DNA of 64,000 nucleotides from Mobula hypostoma (taxonomy: Eukaryota): assembly GCF_963921235.1 (NCBI RefSeq), contig NC_086097.1, forward strand, positions 166,410,001 to 166,474,000. Reading direction: 5' to 3'. Position numbers and translations under genes: made by a program. Positions 12,918 to 25,709 of the stretch are shown piece by piece. The first letter of the stretch is position 1, and each line of letters opens with the position of its first letter. The notes beneath the pieces were generated by a model. The model was not told where the DNA came from. It saw only the letters and a list, made by a program, of their open reading frames with translations, and did no database searches.

Positions 12918-13677
12918 TTAAAGGTATAATGAGACTTATGTAGGACTAGTGTAAATGGATGGTTGGTGGCATGTGTGGGCTTTTTGGGGCAAAGGGCCTG
13001 TATTCAGGCTAGTTGACACTTTGCACAAACTTCATCAAATTGTGAATTTGGAGCTGTCATTGTGAATTAATTGATGATGATCAAGGAAAACCATTTGTGT
13101 TTGGTTCACATAATTAACAAAAACTGTGAAAACTCTGCTTAAATTGAAAAGGAGGCCTAGGAATCATCTTTGGATTGAAAAGATTTTTTGGCAATTTTTG
13201 ATCCAAATTTGAAAACAAAAGTGAGCCATTATAATTCAACATGATTAAGTGACTCCACACAGAAATTTGAAAGAATATGTGATCGCGGATGTTTTGTCAA
13301 TATTACCATTAGAAAAATCCAATATAAGGATCTTTACATTGATAAGAGTAAAAGCTGAATTTCCAATTATAGCAATGAGAAAATATACTGTTCTAACATA
13401 TTTAGAAACATGAATTGAACTAGACAAATATCTAAATGAAGACATAAGACTACAATATAACTGACAATATGCATTACTGTTGGACCAAATCTTTGTTGGA
13501 TGGGGACATGTGGTTGTTAAGCAATGTGTTAGGAGGTGTGAGTTTGTCAGGGCTTCATGTTCAGCACTCTGATATTGTCACCATCAAGTCAATTACCAGG
13601 TCTTGTTTATTGGCCTCAATTATAGAACATAGAACAGTACAACACTGTACAGGCTCCTGATGTTGTACTGAACTTTT

Positions 13678-14675
13678 CTCTCTTTCAATATTTTTATTAT
13701 TAATTTTACATATAAAAATACAGAGTACAAGAAAAATATATATATCAATACATTATACTAAATCGCATATAAAGACTGCTTACCCTATATTCATACAGAT
13801 TAATTAATTTGTATCATTGAAATATAGTAATATTATTATATTAAGAAAAAATCTAGCCCACTACCAAGACCGATGCTGATTAGTAAAGAACTAAAGGAAA
13901 AAAAATTATTAGTCATCATCTATGCTTTAACAGCAAATCAAAGGTTTTGAAAATAATTCAAAAAAGGTCCCCACAATGTTTGAAAGTCTTGGCTAGATTC
14001 AGAGATTGAACATCGAATCTTCTCTAAATTTAAACATGACATCACATTGGGCGTGAATAGGAAGGCCCGCATCTTTCCATTTAAGCAAGAGTGTCCTTCT
14101 GGCCATAAGAGAAATAAAAGCCAAAATGTGCAAGTCAGATGACTTCACAATAATATCCCTTCCTCCAACAATACCAAATAAAGTGGTCAAAGGATTAGGC
14201 TTAAAGTTTACTTTGAAAAGTATCGAGGAAGTTTGAAATACTTCTTTCCAATATTTTCCAAGAGTCAGACATGTCCAAAACATATGAATGAGTGAAGCTT
14301 CTCCATTATTACATTTATCACAATATGGAGATATATCTAAATAAAAATGAGACAACTTATCCTTGGTCATATGGGCCCAATGGACACTTTAAATTGTAGA
14401 AGAGAGTGGCGGGCACATAACGATGAAGTGTGAACCAATTTAAATATTTGATTCCAAGTTTCCTCAGAAATTGAAGTCTGTAAATCTTGTTCCCAAAAAT
14501 GTTTAATTTTATCTAAAGGAAAACTTCTCATTCCCAACAGCATATTATAAATATTAGATATAGATCCATTATAAAAAGGTTTCAAATTAAAAATTACATC
14601 TAGTAGATTCTTATCAGGACTTTTAGGAAATGTACTTATTTGAGACTGTAAAAAATCTCTTATTTGTAGGTAGTG
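13678..14675 (-). mobile_element. L1-clade LINE 3' end
   Basis: CDKC...SLIHMFWTC zinc knuckle, ARRTLLLKWKD; TSD ctgaactttt at 13668-13677 and 14676-14685, within a minus-strand CR1 tail. Confidence 0.9.
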
Positions 14676-14779
14676 CTGAACTTTTAACCTACTCCAAGAT
14701 CAATCTAACCCTTCCCTCCTACATAGTTCTCCATTTTTCTTTCATCCATGTGCAATTAAGATCTGGAAGAGCTGGCAGC

Positions 14780-16255
14780 CATGTGGACTCTGACAATACT
14801 GCAGAGTCAAACTTCTGAATACACCTGCACAGAGCTACAAATGGAAAAGAGTTCACATTATTGTGAGAAGATGATTGATAGCCTGTTGGCACTCATGGAC
14901 ACACTATCAAAAGAGATCAGGGTGAAATATGTTGGGGTTTGAACTACATTAGAATGTATTATTGAAGAAATGTGATCCAGTTTCTAATATTGTGGCTTAC
15001 AAGAATAAATAGTCTCACGTAATTATCCGTAGTATCATTCATTACTTGATGAATGCTTCATTTAACAGAATGATATTAAGCAGTATCAGCTGGCCTCAAA
15101 CGCAGTGGAAAGAAACATGAAAGAAGCAAGTATATGGGAGTGTTGAGGTTTAACTATGAGACATTGATTAACAAGCTACTTGTTAAAATACAGAGAATGT
15201 AACATTCCACAATGGGTTCACTTCTGCTGAGTTACTAATTCAGAGAAACCTCAGAAAATGATCAAACTCAGTACAGCCAAATCTTGAGGGCAGCGTTGAA
15301 GAGAAGCAGCTGAGAGAAAAAGTAGAATTATAAAGGGGAACACTTCAAGCAACATAAGAGAGTTTTTGCATTGACACTACCTTGGTAAATTTGAAATCCA
15401 GAACTTGAATTTTGAAGGTGTAACCCTAGGAAAGGTTTCATTGCTAATGTAATGGTCTTTCTATAGAGGCAGTGTTTGGGTTATGGTCAGAGATAACGGG
15501 TGTTTTGGAATGTGAGCCGTCCAATGACAGGAGGGTGTTTTTGTGCTGTGTGCCTGACACCGGGGTGATCTGGGTCTTTTGTTTGGTGGGTGATGAAGAC
15601 AGAAGATGCTGGAGTGGAGCCATGATCCAATGAAGACTGGGGAGATCAAAGGAGGATTGGCAAAGGGGAAACCATGAGCTCCAACTTGTGCAAATTAGAC
15701 TGTTTCATTAAAATGGGCCCTTTTCTGTTTTTTTGCTTTTTCTTCACTAACCTTGCGGTCAAATTAAGAATTATAAAGGTAAATCATATAGTTGTATGTT
15801 GTGTACTGTCTGATATTTTGTGGTATTGATTTGTAACAGGTTAACAAATCAAGCAGCATCCACACAAACAGGGGGTTTCAGGGTGGGCTCACATCTCAAA
15901 CTCACCTGTTTGGCCGAGCCAGAGATTGTCTTCCCTCGACTTACACAGATGACAGAACCTGAGGGTTACAAAGGGATTATGCATGTGAAGGGAGAGCCTA
16001 AGAAAATAAAAAGAATTGTAAGTGTGCAAATAAATATCTTAACACCAGCAAGTAATATTGAAGAGATGTGATGACAAATATATTCCAGATGCTGATCCGG
16101 TGGAGTCTGTGAAAGAAATAATACACGATTCTACTGAATTAAGTCAAGGTGTGGTACCTGAAACAAACTGAGAAGCAAGGACACGTCACTTTGGGAAAAC
16201 TAGGGGCTCAGAAAACCTGTACAGAGGTTAAATCAGTCTTTCCAGGAGGGGAAAG
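14780..16255 (+). mobile_element. Possible very old Gypsy integrase/pol C-terminal remnant (interrupted by a solo LTR)
   Basis: Fragmentary integrase-like peptides (LLALMDTLSK; ASNAVER at about 15093-15113); RKPVQRLN followed by purine tract ggagggggaaa near 16245; heavily decayed. Confidence 0.35.
15419..15970 (+). mobile_element. Solo LTR, Gypsy-type (552 bp)
   Basis: TGTAACCCT...AGGGTTACA 9-bp inverted termini; perfect 4-bp TSD aagg; 3' part shares cagcatccacacaaac and gtttggc motifs with the LTR at 63135-63794. Confidence 0.88.
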
Positions 16256-16329
16256 CAAGGTGATGAGTTATATCTCCACACTTACGCAATGTACCCAGGG
16301 AGAGGGAAATAAACAATAGTTCAAATCAT

Positions 16330-16554
16330 AACAGCTCACCGTTTCATTTAGTGCCTCATTAGATTCCTAGCACCTAATACAATTGAAACATGAATCCATT
16401 TATAACATATGAAAGATGGTAGGTTTCACAATTCAGCACACCCTCGGTGGTACATGGAGCAGGAGTCTTTATGCATACATTCCCAGAGTGATACTTGAAC
16501 CCACAACCTTCTAAAGCAGAAGTGAAAGTGCTACCAGTGAGCCACAGCTGACAC
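16330..16554 (-). mobile_element. Old tRNA-derived DeuSINE (SacSINE1-like), 5' part
   Basis: Minus strand gtgtcagctgTGGCTCACTGGtagcac...agaaggttgtgGGTTCAAGTATCact: A and B boxes and recalled SacSINE1 head. Confidence 0.65.
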
Positions 16555-18087
16555 CTGTCAAAACAAAAGTACGACTTGCCAAGAAAGTTGGAAGAACAAT
16601 TTTTATTCACATACGTTTCCATTTGTATTGAATCGAAATCTAGTAATCATAAATATGAGGTGGACACTAATAAATCTAATAAAGTATTTCAGGGAAACTT
16701 CTTGTGGATGTGTGGCACCTACACATGAAACACAAAGAACAAATAAAGTATTTAAAGGGAAGCTGTGAAGTACGTTAACACAAAAGGTATAAAAGTGACT
16801 ACTGACAGAGTTAAGTAGCGTTAGGATAGGTGGGACAAATGGCCTGTATTTGCTCTGCAAATGCTATTCACATAGTCTGATGAAGCACACTATATGGATG
16901 AAAGATTAAATGTTGCAGCAGGTTACATAGAGGTATATATCTATGTGGTCTGGCATCACTGATAAAGTGACAGTGGGAAGTACCTTCATAAGATGAGAAT
17001 CATATCTATATTGGCAGTGGTCGATGATCTTTGGATGGGTTTAGTACAAGAAGATCCATTCTCCAGCTCTGAGCCTAGATATGTCCATAAAAGTCACAAA
17101 AGAAAGAAATTAATTGTATTTTAAACATCTCAAAAGCTTAGTCATGTGGGATTTCAATATGCAGATCGATTAGGGAAATCAGGTTGATGCTGAATCCCAG
17201 GAGAAGGAATTTGTAGAATGCCTACAAGATGGCTTTTTAGAGCAGCTTGCTGGTTGAGCCCACTCACAGAAGGTAATTCTGGACTGAGTGTTTTTGTAAT
17301 GAACCAGATTTGATTAGGGAGCTTAAGGTCAATGAACCCTTATGAGTAAGTGATCATATTATGATGAATTCATCCTGCAGTTTAAGAGGAAGAAGCTAAA
17401 ATCGGATGTATCAGTATTACAGTGGAGTAAAGGGAACTGCAATGGAATGAGAGAGGAGCTGGCCAAAGTTAATTGGAAAGAAACACTAGCAGAGATGATG
17501 GCAGAACGGCAATGGCTGGCTTCATCCCAACGAAGAAGTAGTATTCTAAAGGGAGGATGAGGCAACTGTGGCTGACAAGGGAAGTCAAAGGCAACATAAA
17601 AGCAAAAGTGAGGGCTTATAACAAAAATATAACAAAAATGGTGGGAAGTTATGAATTAGGAAGTTTTCAAAAACAGCAGAAGGCAACTAAAAAAGCCAAA
17701 AGGAGAGAAAAGATTAAATATGAAGGTAAACTAGCCAATAATATTAAGAGGATACCAGAACTTTTTTTGGATACATATAGAGTAAGAGAGAAGTGAAAGT
17801 GAATATTGGACCACTGGAAGATGACATTGGAGAAGTAGTAATGGGGGACAAAGAAATGATGGATGACCTAATTAAGTATTTTGTATTAACGTTCACAGTG
17901 AAATTCAAGAGTATCGGTGGGGGGGGGGCGTGGGTAGAAGTGAGCGTAGTTGCTATTACTAAGGAGACGGTGCTTTGGAAGCTGAAAAGTCTGAAGGTAG
18001 ATAAGTTATCTTGACCAGTTGGACTATACCCCAGTGTTTTGAATGAGTTAGCTAAAGAAATGTTGGAGGCATTAGTAGTGATCTTTC

Positions 18088-18725
18088 TTTCTTTCTTTCT
18101 TTCCTTCTTTCCTTCTTCCTTTCTTTCTTTCCTTCTTTCCTTCTCTTTTTATTGATTTAAAAGGAGCATAAATACAAGCAAGAGGAGAATTATCTCAAAT
18201 ATATATCAGTAACAATATAAACCGATTAAGACAGACATTGTCAAAATCATAGATATTGTTAAACTAGTATAAAATATATAAAAGAAAAAATGATAATAAC
18301 AATTCTCCTCTTATCAGTTTATGAAGAGAAAAGAAAAAACATTGGGTTTTAAATGAAAAGAAAAAAAACTCACTACACTATAGAAAAAATAACAAAAAAA
18401 AACAGAAAAAAAAGGGACTGGGCAATCGATATTGAGGATACGACCAAAAAAAAGAAAGAAAGACTTTCTGAACAAATCTAAAACTTCGGAAAAGAATTGA
18501 AAGAGTAATAAATCAAATTAAATAAAAATATTGGATAAAAGGTCACCAGATTTGCTCAAATTTAAAGGATATATCAAATGTCTGACTTCTTATTTTCACT
18601 AAACTTAAACAGGACGTAATGATGGAAAGCTAATAAAAGACCGTAGGTGGATTAGAATCCTTCCACTTCAATAAAATGCCGCTCCTAGCCAGTAAGGTGG
18701 AAAAGGCTATCATACGTTGAGCGGA
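18088..18725 (-). mobile_element. L1-clade 3' end with (GAAA)n tail
   Basis: Minus translation MIAFSTLLARSGILLKWKDSNPPT; perfect 11-bp TSD agtgatctttc at 18077-18087 and 18726-18736. Confidence 0.9.
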
Positions 18726-18836
18726 AGTGATCTTTCAAGAATCACTAGGTTCTGGAATGGTTCCAGCATATTGGAAAATTGCAAATATCACTCCACACTT
18801 TAAGAAGGGAGGGAGACAAAAGACAGGAAATTATAG

Positions 18837-19897
18837 ATTCAAGATTCAAGATTGCTTAATGCCATTTCCAGTACACAAATGAAAAGGAGAGCAAAATAAT
18901 TGTTATTCCAGTTCCAATGCAGGACAAAAAGTACAATAAGATATAAATACATAGTATAAGTTATTTGCATAAAATGACGCTAGGCACAGGAGTGTCTCTG
19001 TTGTCGCCGATAATGAAATAAAATAACTAAAACCAGAACACACATGCTCATATGACTCAAATATTCTTTTTTATTTTATTCCTGCACAAAGAGAACAGCA
19101 TGAGCCCCTGTCACACACACTGCTCTGAAATCTGAATGGAAAACTGTATTTTTTATACAGAATTGGTTTATCATTTACGGATATTGGCCATTTGGTAAAT
19201 TGTATATGCTTGATTTCCTTACTTGCAAGATCAATTGTCATTCACTGTGGAGGTGTTCAAAGTCAATCAAAACTTCAATCTGACAGCGAAGGAGATTTTG
19301 AAGTTACTAAAGTAAATGTCCTATAGTTGTTGGGTGCATTTCATATCCTTCCATTATTCCTATCTTGCTGTCTCCAGCACCACCTATTAAGTTCTAGGAA
19401 GACCGTTCCATAAAAATCTCACTACAGAGGACTCTATGATCTAGCTTGAGAACACACTGTTCTAGTCACACAGGCCTAACTCATCCGTAGTAAGCAGAGG
19501 TGTCTCCAGCAGTCTCACTTGATTACAACTGTCCGAGACTATTCTTGGTGGGGCATTGTCTTAATCCCTTGCTTTACCACAATTTCCACATTTGCACATG
19601 AGATGACTGACAAGAAATGATTAAGTAGTGGTGGAGGGTGTGAAAGGATGTGTTAGTGGCTGGAGATGTTGAGCAGCCTCACTGCTTGGGGAAAATAACT
19701 GTTTTTGAGTCTGGTGGTCCTGCCATGGATGGTATGTAGTCTCCCTCCCTAAAGGAAATGGGATAAGCAGTCTATGAAGAGGGGGGGTGATATCTTTCAT
19801 GATGTTACTGGCCCTTTTCCTGCACCTTTCCATTTATATGCCCTTGATGGCAGGTAAGATGGTGCTGATGACACACTGGGCACTTCTGACAACCTGA
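18837..19897 (-). mobile_element. Rex1/Babar-like 3' fragment containing a solo LTR
   Basis: ERCRKRASNIMKDITPPLHRLLIPFPLGR; (gattcaa)n tail; tatag duplicated at 18832-18836 and 19898-19902. Confidence 0.75.
18999..19590 (-). mobile_element. Putative solo LTR (592 bp)
   Basis: TG...CA termini; AATAAA on the minus strand near 19070; interrupts Rex 3' UTR; flanks tctc/tttg only match as a degenerate 4-bp TSD. Confidence 0.55.
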
Positions 19898-21509
19898 TAT
19901 AGGACAGTTAGCCCGACCTCAGAGGCTGGGAAGATGTTGGAGTCAATTATTAAGAATGAGGCTTTGGATACCTCAAGGCACATGATAAAATAGGCTAAAG
20001 TGAGCATGCTTTTCTTAAGGGGAAAACTAGTCTGACAAATCTGTTAGAATTCTTAGAGGAAATAACACACAAGATGGACAATGGTCATCAGTGGATGTTG
20101 TTTACTTGGATTTTCAGAAGGCCTTTGACAATGTGCTGCACATGAGGCTACTAAATAAGATAAGAACGCATGGTATTACAGGAAAGATACAAGCATGAGT
20201 TAAAGATTGGCTGACTTATAGGAGGCAAAAAGTGGGAACAAAGGAGCCCTTTCCTGGTTGACTGCCAGAGACTAGTGGTGTTCTGCAGGGGTCAGTATTG
20301 GGACCGCTTCTTTTCACGTTATATGTCAATGATTTTTGAAGATGTAATTAACCGCTTTGTGGCCAAGTTTGCAGATGATACGAGGACAGGTGGAGAGGCA
20401 AGTGGTGTTGAGGAAGCAGGGAGTCTGCAGAAAGACTTAGACAGGTTGGGAAAATGGGAAAAGAAGTGGCAGATGGAATACAGTGTAGGGAAGTTTATGA
20501 CCATGCAGTTAGGTAGAAGGTGTAGACTATTTCCTAAATGGGCAGAAAAATTCTAAAATCAGAGGTGCAAAAGGACTTGAGAGTCCTTGTACAGAATTCC
20601 ATAAAGGTTACCTTGCAGGTTGAGTCAGTGGTAAGGAAGGCAAATGCAATGTTAACATTCATTTCAAGAGGTCTAGAATATAAAAGCAAGGATGTGATGC
20701 TGAGGCTTTTTAAGGGACTAGTGAGGGCTCACTTGGAGTACTGTGAACAGTTTTGGACCCTCTATCTGAGAAAAGATGTCCTGGCATTGGAGAAGGTCCA
20801 GAGGAGGTTCACAAGAATGATTCCAGGAATGAAAAGTTTAGCAAATGCAAAGTGTTTTATGGCTCTGGGTCTGTCTGCACTGGAATTTAAAAGAATAAGG
20901 GGAGGATCTCATTGAAATCTATCAAAAATTGAAAGGTCTGGATAGAGTGTACTTATGGAAGTTATATCCTGTAGTTGGGAGCATCTAGGACCAGATGGCA
21001 CGACTTCAGAATAGAGGGACGTTTATTTATAACAGAGCTGAGGAGGAATTTCTTTAGTCAAAGTGTGGAGGATCTGTGAAATTCATTGGCACAGACAGCT
21101 GTGGAGAGTAAGTCATTGAGTATATTTAAAGCAGAGGTTGATAAATGCTATGAGGAGAAGGCAGGAGATTGGGACTGAGAGGGATGATGAAATGGCAGAG
21201 GAGACTCGATGGGCTGAATGGCCCAATTCTGCTCCTATGTCTTATGGTCTTATGGAATTATTGCATTCTCTCAGGCATGGGCAAGGATTTCTTATAGGAA
21301 GGTATAGTACAGACTCTGGGCTTGTCTGACACATGTACCAACTCTTTGAAATGATTTCTCAGTTAGTCCCACTACCCTGTCCTCTTCCCATTGCATTGCA
21401 AATTTCTCCTTTTCAATATTGTAACATCCACTGTGCAAAATATCATCCAAAACAGGAATAAATGGCTCCATCCATTGTAACAGCAGGACCAATGAGTGAG
21501 ATTGAAGAT

Positions 21510-24020
21510 GAAAGCTGAAAGCAGAAAGCTAGACGGTTGATGAATCAGGTCGAGGTCCTACATCAGGACCATTTTTGAACAAAAATGCTCCATCTCAGAG
21601 AAGGGAAGATTGGATAGTGGCACAGATACAGTACAAGCATTCCAGCGGAAGTCTAGAGCACAGCTTGAAAAACCCAGTCTTCATAAAAGAGAGGTACTGT
21701 CTAACGGCGTGGTTATCGTCGGAGTGGTCTGAGTCAGAGTTGTAAGGCTTTGGTTCAACAGGCTTTGGCAAAAACAGGCAGAGGCAAGGTTAGTAGATAT
21801 GTTTATTTCCTATTTAACTCTTGAAAGAATAGGGGGTATGTCTGCAGGGCTAGTGTTCTGCTCTGGATGTCAAATGTGGGATTTCCGGGAGACTTCCAGC
21901 CTCCCCGATGACCACATCCGCACCAGGTGGATTGTGATACAGCTCATGAGAGACCTTGTTAGGAATCTGGAGCCGCAGCTCGATGACCTTCGGCTTGTTA
22001 GGGAGAGTGAGGAGGTGACAGACAGGAGCTACAGTGATGGAGTTACACCAGGGCTACAGGAGACAGATAAATGGGTGACTGTCAAGAGAGGGCAGAGAAA
22101 ACATCAGATAGTGGAGAGCACTTCTGTGGCCATCCCTCTCAATAATAAGTACACTATTTTGAGTACTGTTGGAGGGGTGCTAACTGGGGGAAGCAACGGA
22201 GGCTGTGCCTCTGGCACTGAGTCTGGCCCCATGGCTCAGAAGAGTAGGGAACTGAGGAGGAGGGCGGCAGTAATGGGGGACTCTATAGTTAGGGGGACAG
22301 ATAGGCGATTCTGTGGGTGGTAAAAGAAACATGGATGGTAGTTTGCCTCGCAGGTGCCAGGGTCTGTGTTGTCTCTGAACGTGTCCACAATTTCCTGAAA
22401 AGGGAGGTTGAGCAGCAGAAGTCATGGTACGCATTGGTACCAATGAGAAGGTAGAAAAGGGGAGGAGATCCTGAAAAGAGAATACAGAGACAGGGAGTTA
22501 GGATGGAAGTTGAGAAGCAGGACCTGAAGGGAGGTAATCTCAGGAGTGCTGCCTGTGCCATGCAACAATGAGGATAGGAATAGAATGAGGTGGCAGATAA
22601 ATGCGTGGCTGAAGAACTGAAGCAGGGGCAGGGATTCAGATTTTTGGATCTTTTGGAGACGCCTCTTCTGGAACAGGTGTGACCAATACAAAAGGGGTAC
22701 GGCTGATATCCTTGCGGACAGGTTTACTAGAGAATTCGGGAGTGGTCTAAACTATCATGGCAGGGGAATGGGAACCAGTGTGATAGAGCTGAGGATGAGC
22801 CAGCAGGTTTACAAGTAGATGGTGGGTGTAACGTGAATGTAAGGAAAGTCAAGTCAATGATTGGGTACAAATGCAGACAGTGCAAAGAGTTAAGTTGTAC
22901 CACAGAGGCAACATTCAAAAGGGTGTAGAAAGCAAGAATGAATGTGTTATATTTAAATGTGTGTAGCATTCAGAATATGGTAGATTGACTTGTGGCGCAA
23001 TTAGAGATTGGTCGGTATGGCACTGTGGGCATCACTGAGTCATGGCTGAAAGATGGCCATAGTTGGGAGCTTAACATCAAAGGATATACTTTGTAGTGAA
23101 AGGACAGGCAGGAAGGCATAGGCAGTGGTGTGGCTCTGTTGGTAAGAGATGGAATTACATCTTTGGAAAGAGGTGACATAGAGTCAGAGAATGTCCAATC
23201 TTTGTGGGTGGAGTAAAGAAATACAAGGGTTTAAAAAAAATTGTGGCAATCATATATAAGCCTCCAAGTAGTAGCCAAGATGTGGGGGGGGAGATTGCAA
23301 AGGGAGCTGGAAAGGACATGTTATAAGGATAATGTCACAATTGTAATGGAGGACTTCCATATGCAAGGGGATTGGGAAAATCAAGTTGGTGTCAGATTGC
23401 AAGAGCAGGAATTTGTTGAATGCTTATGAAATAGGTTTTTAGAGCAGCTTGTGCTTGAGTCTACTCAGGGAAAGGCTACCTTACATTGTGTGTTGTGTAA
23501 TAACACAGATTTTATTAGGGAGCTTAAGCTAAAATATCCCTTAGAAGGCAGTGATCATAATATGATTAAAAGTTGAGGGAGAGAAACATAAATCACATGT
23601 ATCAGGATTGCCATGGAATAAAGGGAATGACAGAGGCATGAGAGAGGAGCTTGTCCAGATGGATTGGAGAGGGATACTGGTGGGGATGATGGCGGAACAG
23701 AGGAGGCTGAAGTTTCTGGGAATAGTTCACAAGGTGCAGGATAGATATGTCCCACAGAAGAAGTTGTTCTCAAATGGCAGGGGTTGGTAACTATGGCTGA
23801 CGAGGGAAGGACTGCATAAAAACCATGGGAAGGGAAAAGATGAAATATGAGGGCAAATTAGCCAATGATATAAAGCAGGATACTAAAAGATTTTTCAGTT
23901 ACATGAAGAGTAAAAGGGAGGTGAGAGTTGATACTTGACCACTGGAAAATGATGCTGATGAGGTTGTAATGGGGAGCAAAGAAATAGCGGATGAACATAA
24001 GTACTTTGCATCAATCTTCA
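21510..24020 (+). mobile_element. CR1 5' half: 5' UTR, decayed full ORF1 (zinc finger/zipper + SGNH esterase, about 21838-22755), endonuclease and tether
   Basis: MSAGLVFCSGCQMW...LEPQLDDLRLVRE...VMGDSIVRGTDRRFCG; VRIGTNE; ITESWL; MEDFHM; 5' boundary approximate. Confidence 0.9.
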
Positions 24021-24126
24021 CAGAGGGTCAGAAGGGTCAGAGGAGCATCTCGATCTAAAGTATTGACTGTCTACTTCATCGTAGACATTATCTGACCTGC
24101 TGTTTTCTCCAGTATCTTGTGTATTT

Positions 24127-24800
24127 AGAATCAGAATCAGAATCAGGTTTAATATCAGCAACATATTTTGTGAAATTTGTTGTCTTTGCGGCAGCAGTTC
24201 AATGCAATACATAATAATAGAGAAAAAATGTGAATTACAGTAAGTACATATATATTTTAAAAGTTAAACTAAATAAAAATAAAAATTAGTAAGGTAACGT
24301 TCGTGGGTTCAATGTCCGTCCAGAAATTGGATAGCGATGGGGGAGAGGCTGTCCTGAATCGCTGAGTGTGTGCCTTCAGGTATCCATATCTCCTTCCTGA
24401 TGGTAGCAATGAGAACAAGTTTTGTCCTGGGTGACAGAGGTCCAGAATGACAGATGCCACTTTTTAGAGGCATCACTCTTTGAAGATGTTCTGGATACAA
24501 TGGAGGCTAGTGCCATGATGGAGCTGATGAAGTTTACAACTCTCTGCAGCTTATTTCAATTCTGTGCATTAGCCCTCCCTCCCTCCCCATATCAGAGAGT
24601 GATGCAGCCAGTTAGACTGCTCTCCATGGTACATCTGTAGAAAGTTGCTAGTGTCTTTGGGATATACCAAATCACCTCAGACTCGGAATGAAATATAGTC
24701 GCCATCTTTCCTTCTTTGTAGCTACATCGATACGTTGGGCCTAGAAAGATCCTCAGAGATATTGACGGCCAAGAACTTGAAATTTCTCACTCTTTCCATT
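24127..24800 (-). mobile_element. Rex1/Babar 3' fragment
   Basis: HPGQNLFSLLPSGRRYGYLKAHTQRFR; (agaatc)n tail. Confidence 0.8.
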
Positions 24801-25709
24801 TCAGACCAATACCCATTGCATTAAGATCTCATGTTATCTGTGAGTCATAAAGATTAGCGCTTTACATCTGCTTTGCTTCAACAAAATTGTGAGCTTTAGC
24901 ATTGCAGACATGAAGCACATGACAAAGAAAAAATAAAAGTATCATGAAATGCATGTGGCGAAATGGGCACCATAAAGCATTCCTGTATCCTAAACAAGCA
25001 GTTACAAGCTAGTCAGAAGGAATTTTTAAATCAAAAGCAACAATGCAACATTAATTTTCCCTAAGGGGAGATCAGTTATCAAGCTGAAAAAAGCACAGGG
25101 TGCAGTCAGTAATGAGAAGAACGCACCACTTACTTTCCTCACACTGACTTTTTAAACCACAATACAGAAGTGTCCAGCATTGCTTTGAATTATATTGAAT
25201 GCAAAATCTATTGACGGAGGTTGTAAATACTTACAAATTATTGTGAGGATTGTTTTTGTTTCTTTATTACTTGTTCACACTTAATTTTTGACTGCCAGTG
25301 TCTTTTCAGAATGCCAACAAACTGGAGAACTGCTATATTTGGAGAAGGTGAGGGAGCAATGGAAAGATGCAAGGCTGGTTGGACAGCAGATGGCTGGTGC
25401 TGCAATTAATCCCATGTTTGCCAGTGAGGCTGTGCCTAACCTAGGTTTAACAGGGAGTTTTGTCTGCATGTTCCTCTAAATCAACCAGGGGTTAGTGCAT
25501 GAGCTAGTTGTCTGCACAAAGGACATATCAGCCCATAGCTGGTATGCATTGGAAACATTTATTTTATTTTTCTTAATCTTGTCAAATAAAATCAATATTC
25601 ACTTTTAAATATGTATATCATGTTATCAGAATTTTAACATATGCACATAATCGCCGATAGAGAGGAAGATGAGTTACCATCGACAGAATACTGTTAAAAG
25701 CTTCATATA

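Larger units (their letters stand above)
17135..21255 (+). mobile_element. Old CR1 ORF2 and 3' UTR hosting nested L1, Rex and LTR insertions
   Basis: EN end, tether (KYEGKLANNIK), FVAKFADD, LEYCEQFW and tail tcttatggtcttatgg; sequence rejoins across the insertions at 18088-18725 and 18837-19897. Confidence 0.9.

Noticed and set aside
13200..13450. Possible ancient hAT transposase remnant (RVKAEFPIIA)
   Set aside because: Too short and decayed, with no TIRs found.
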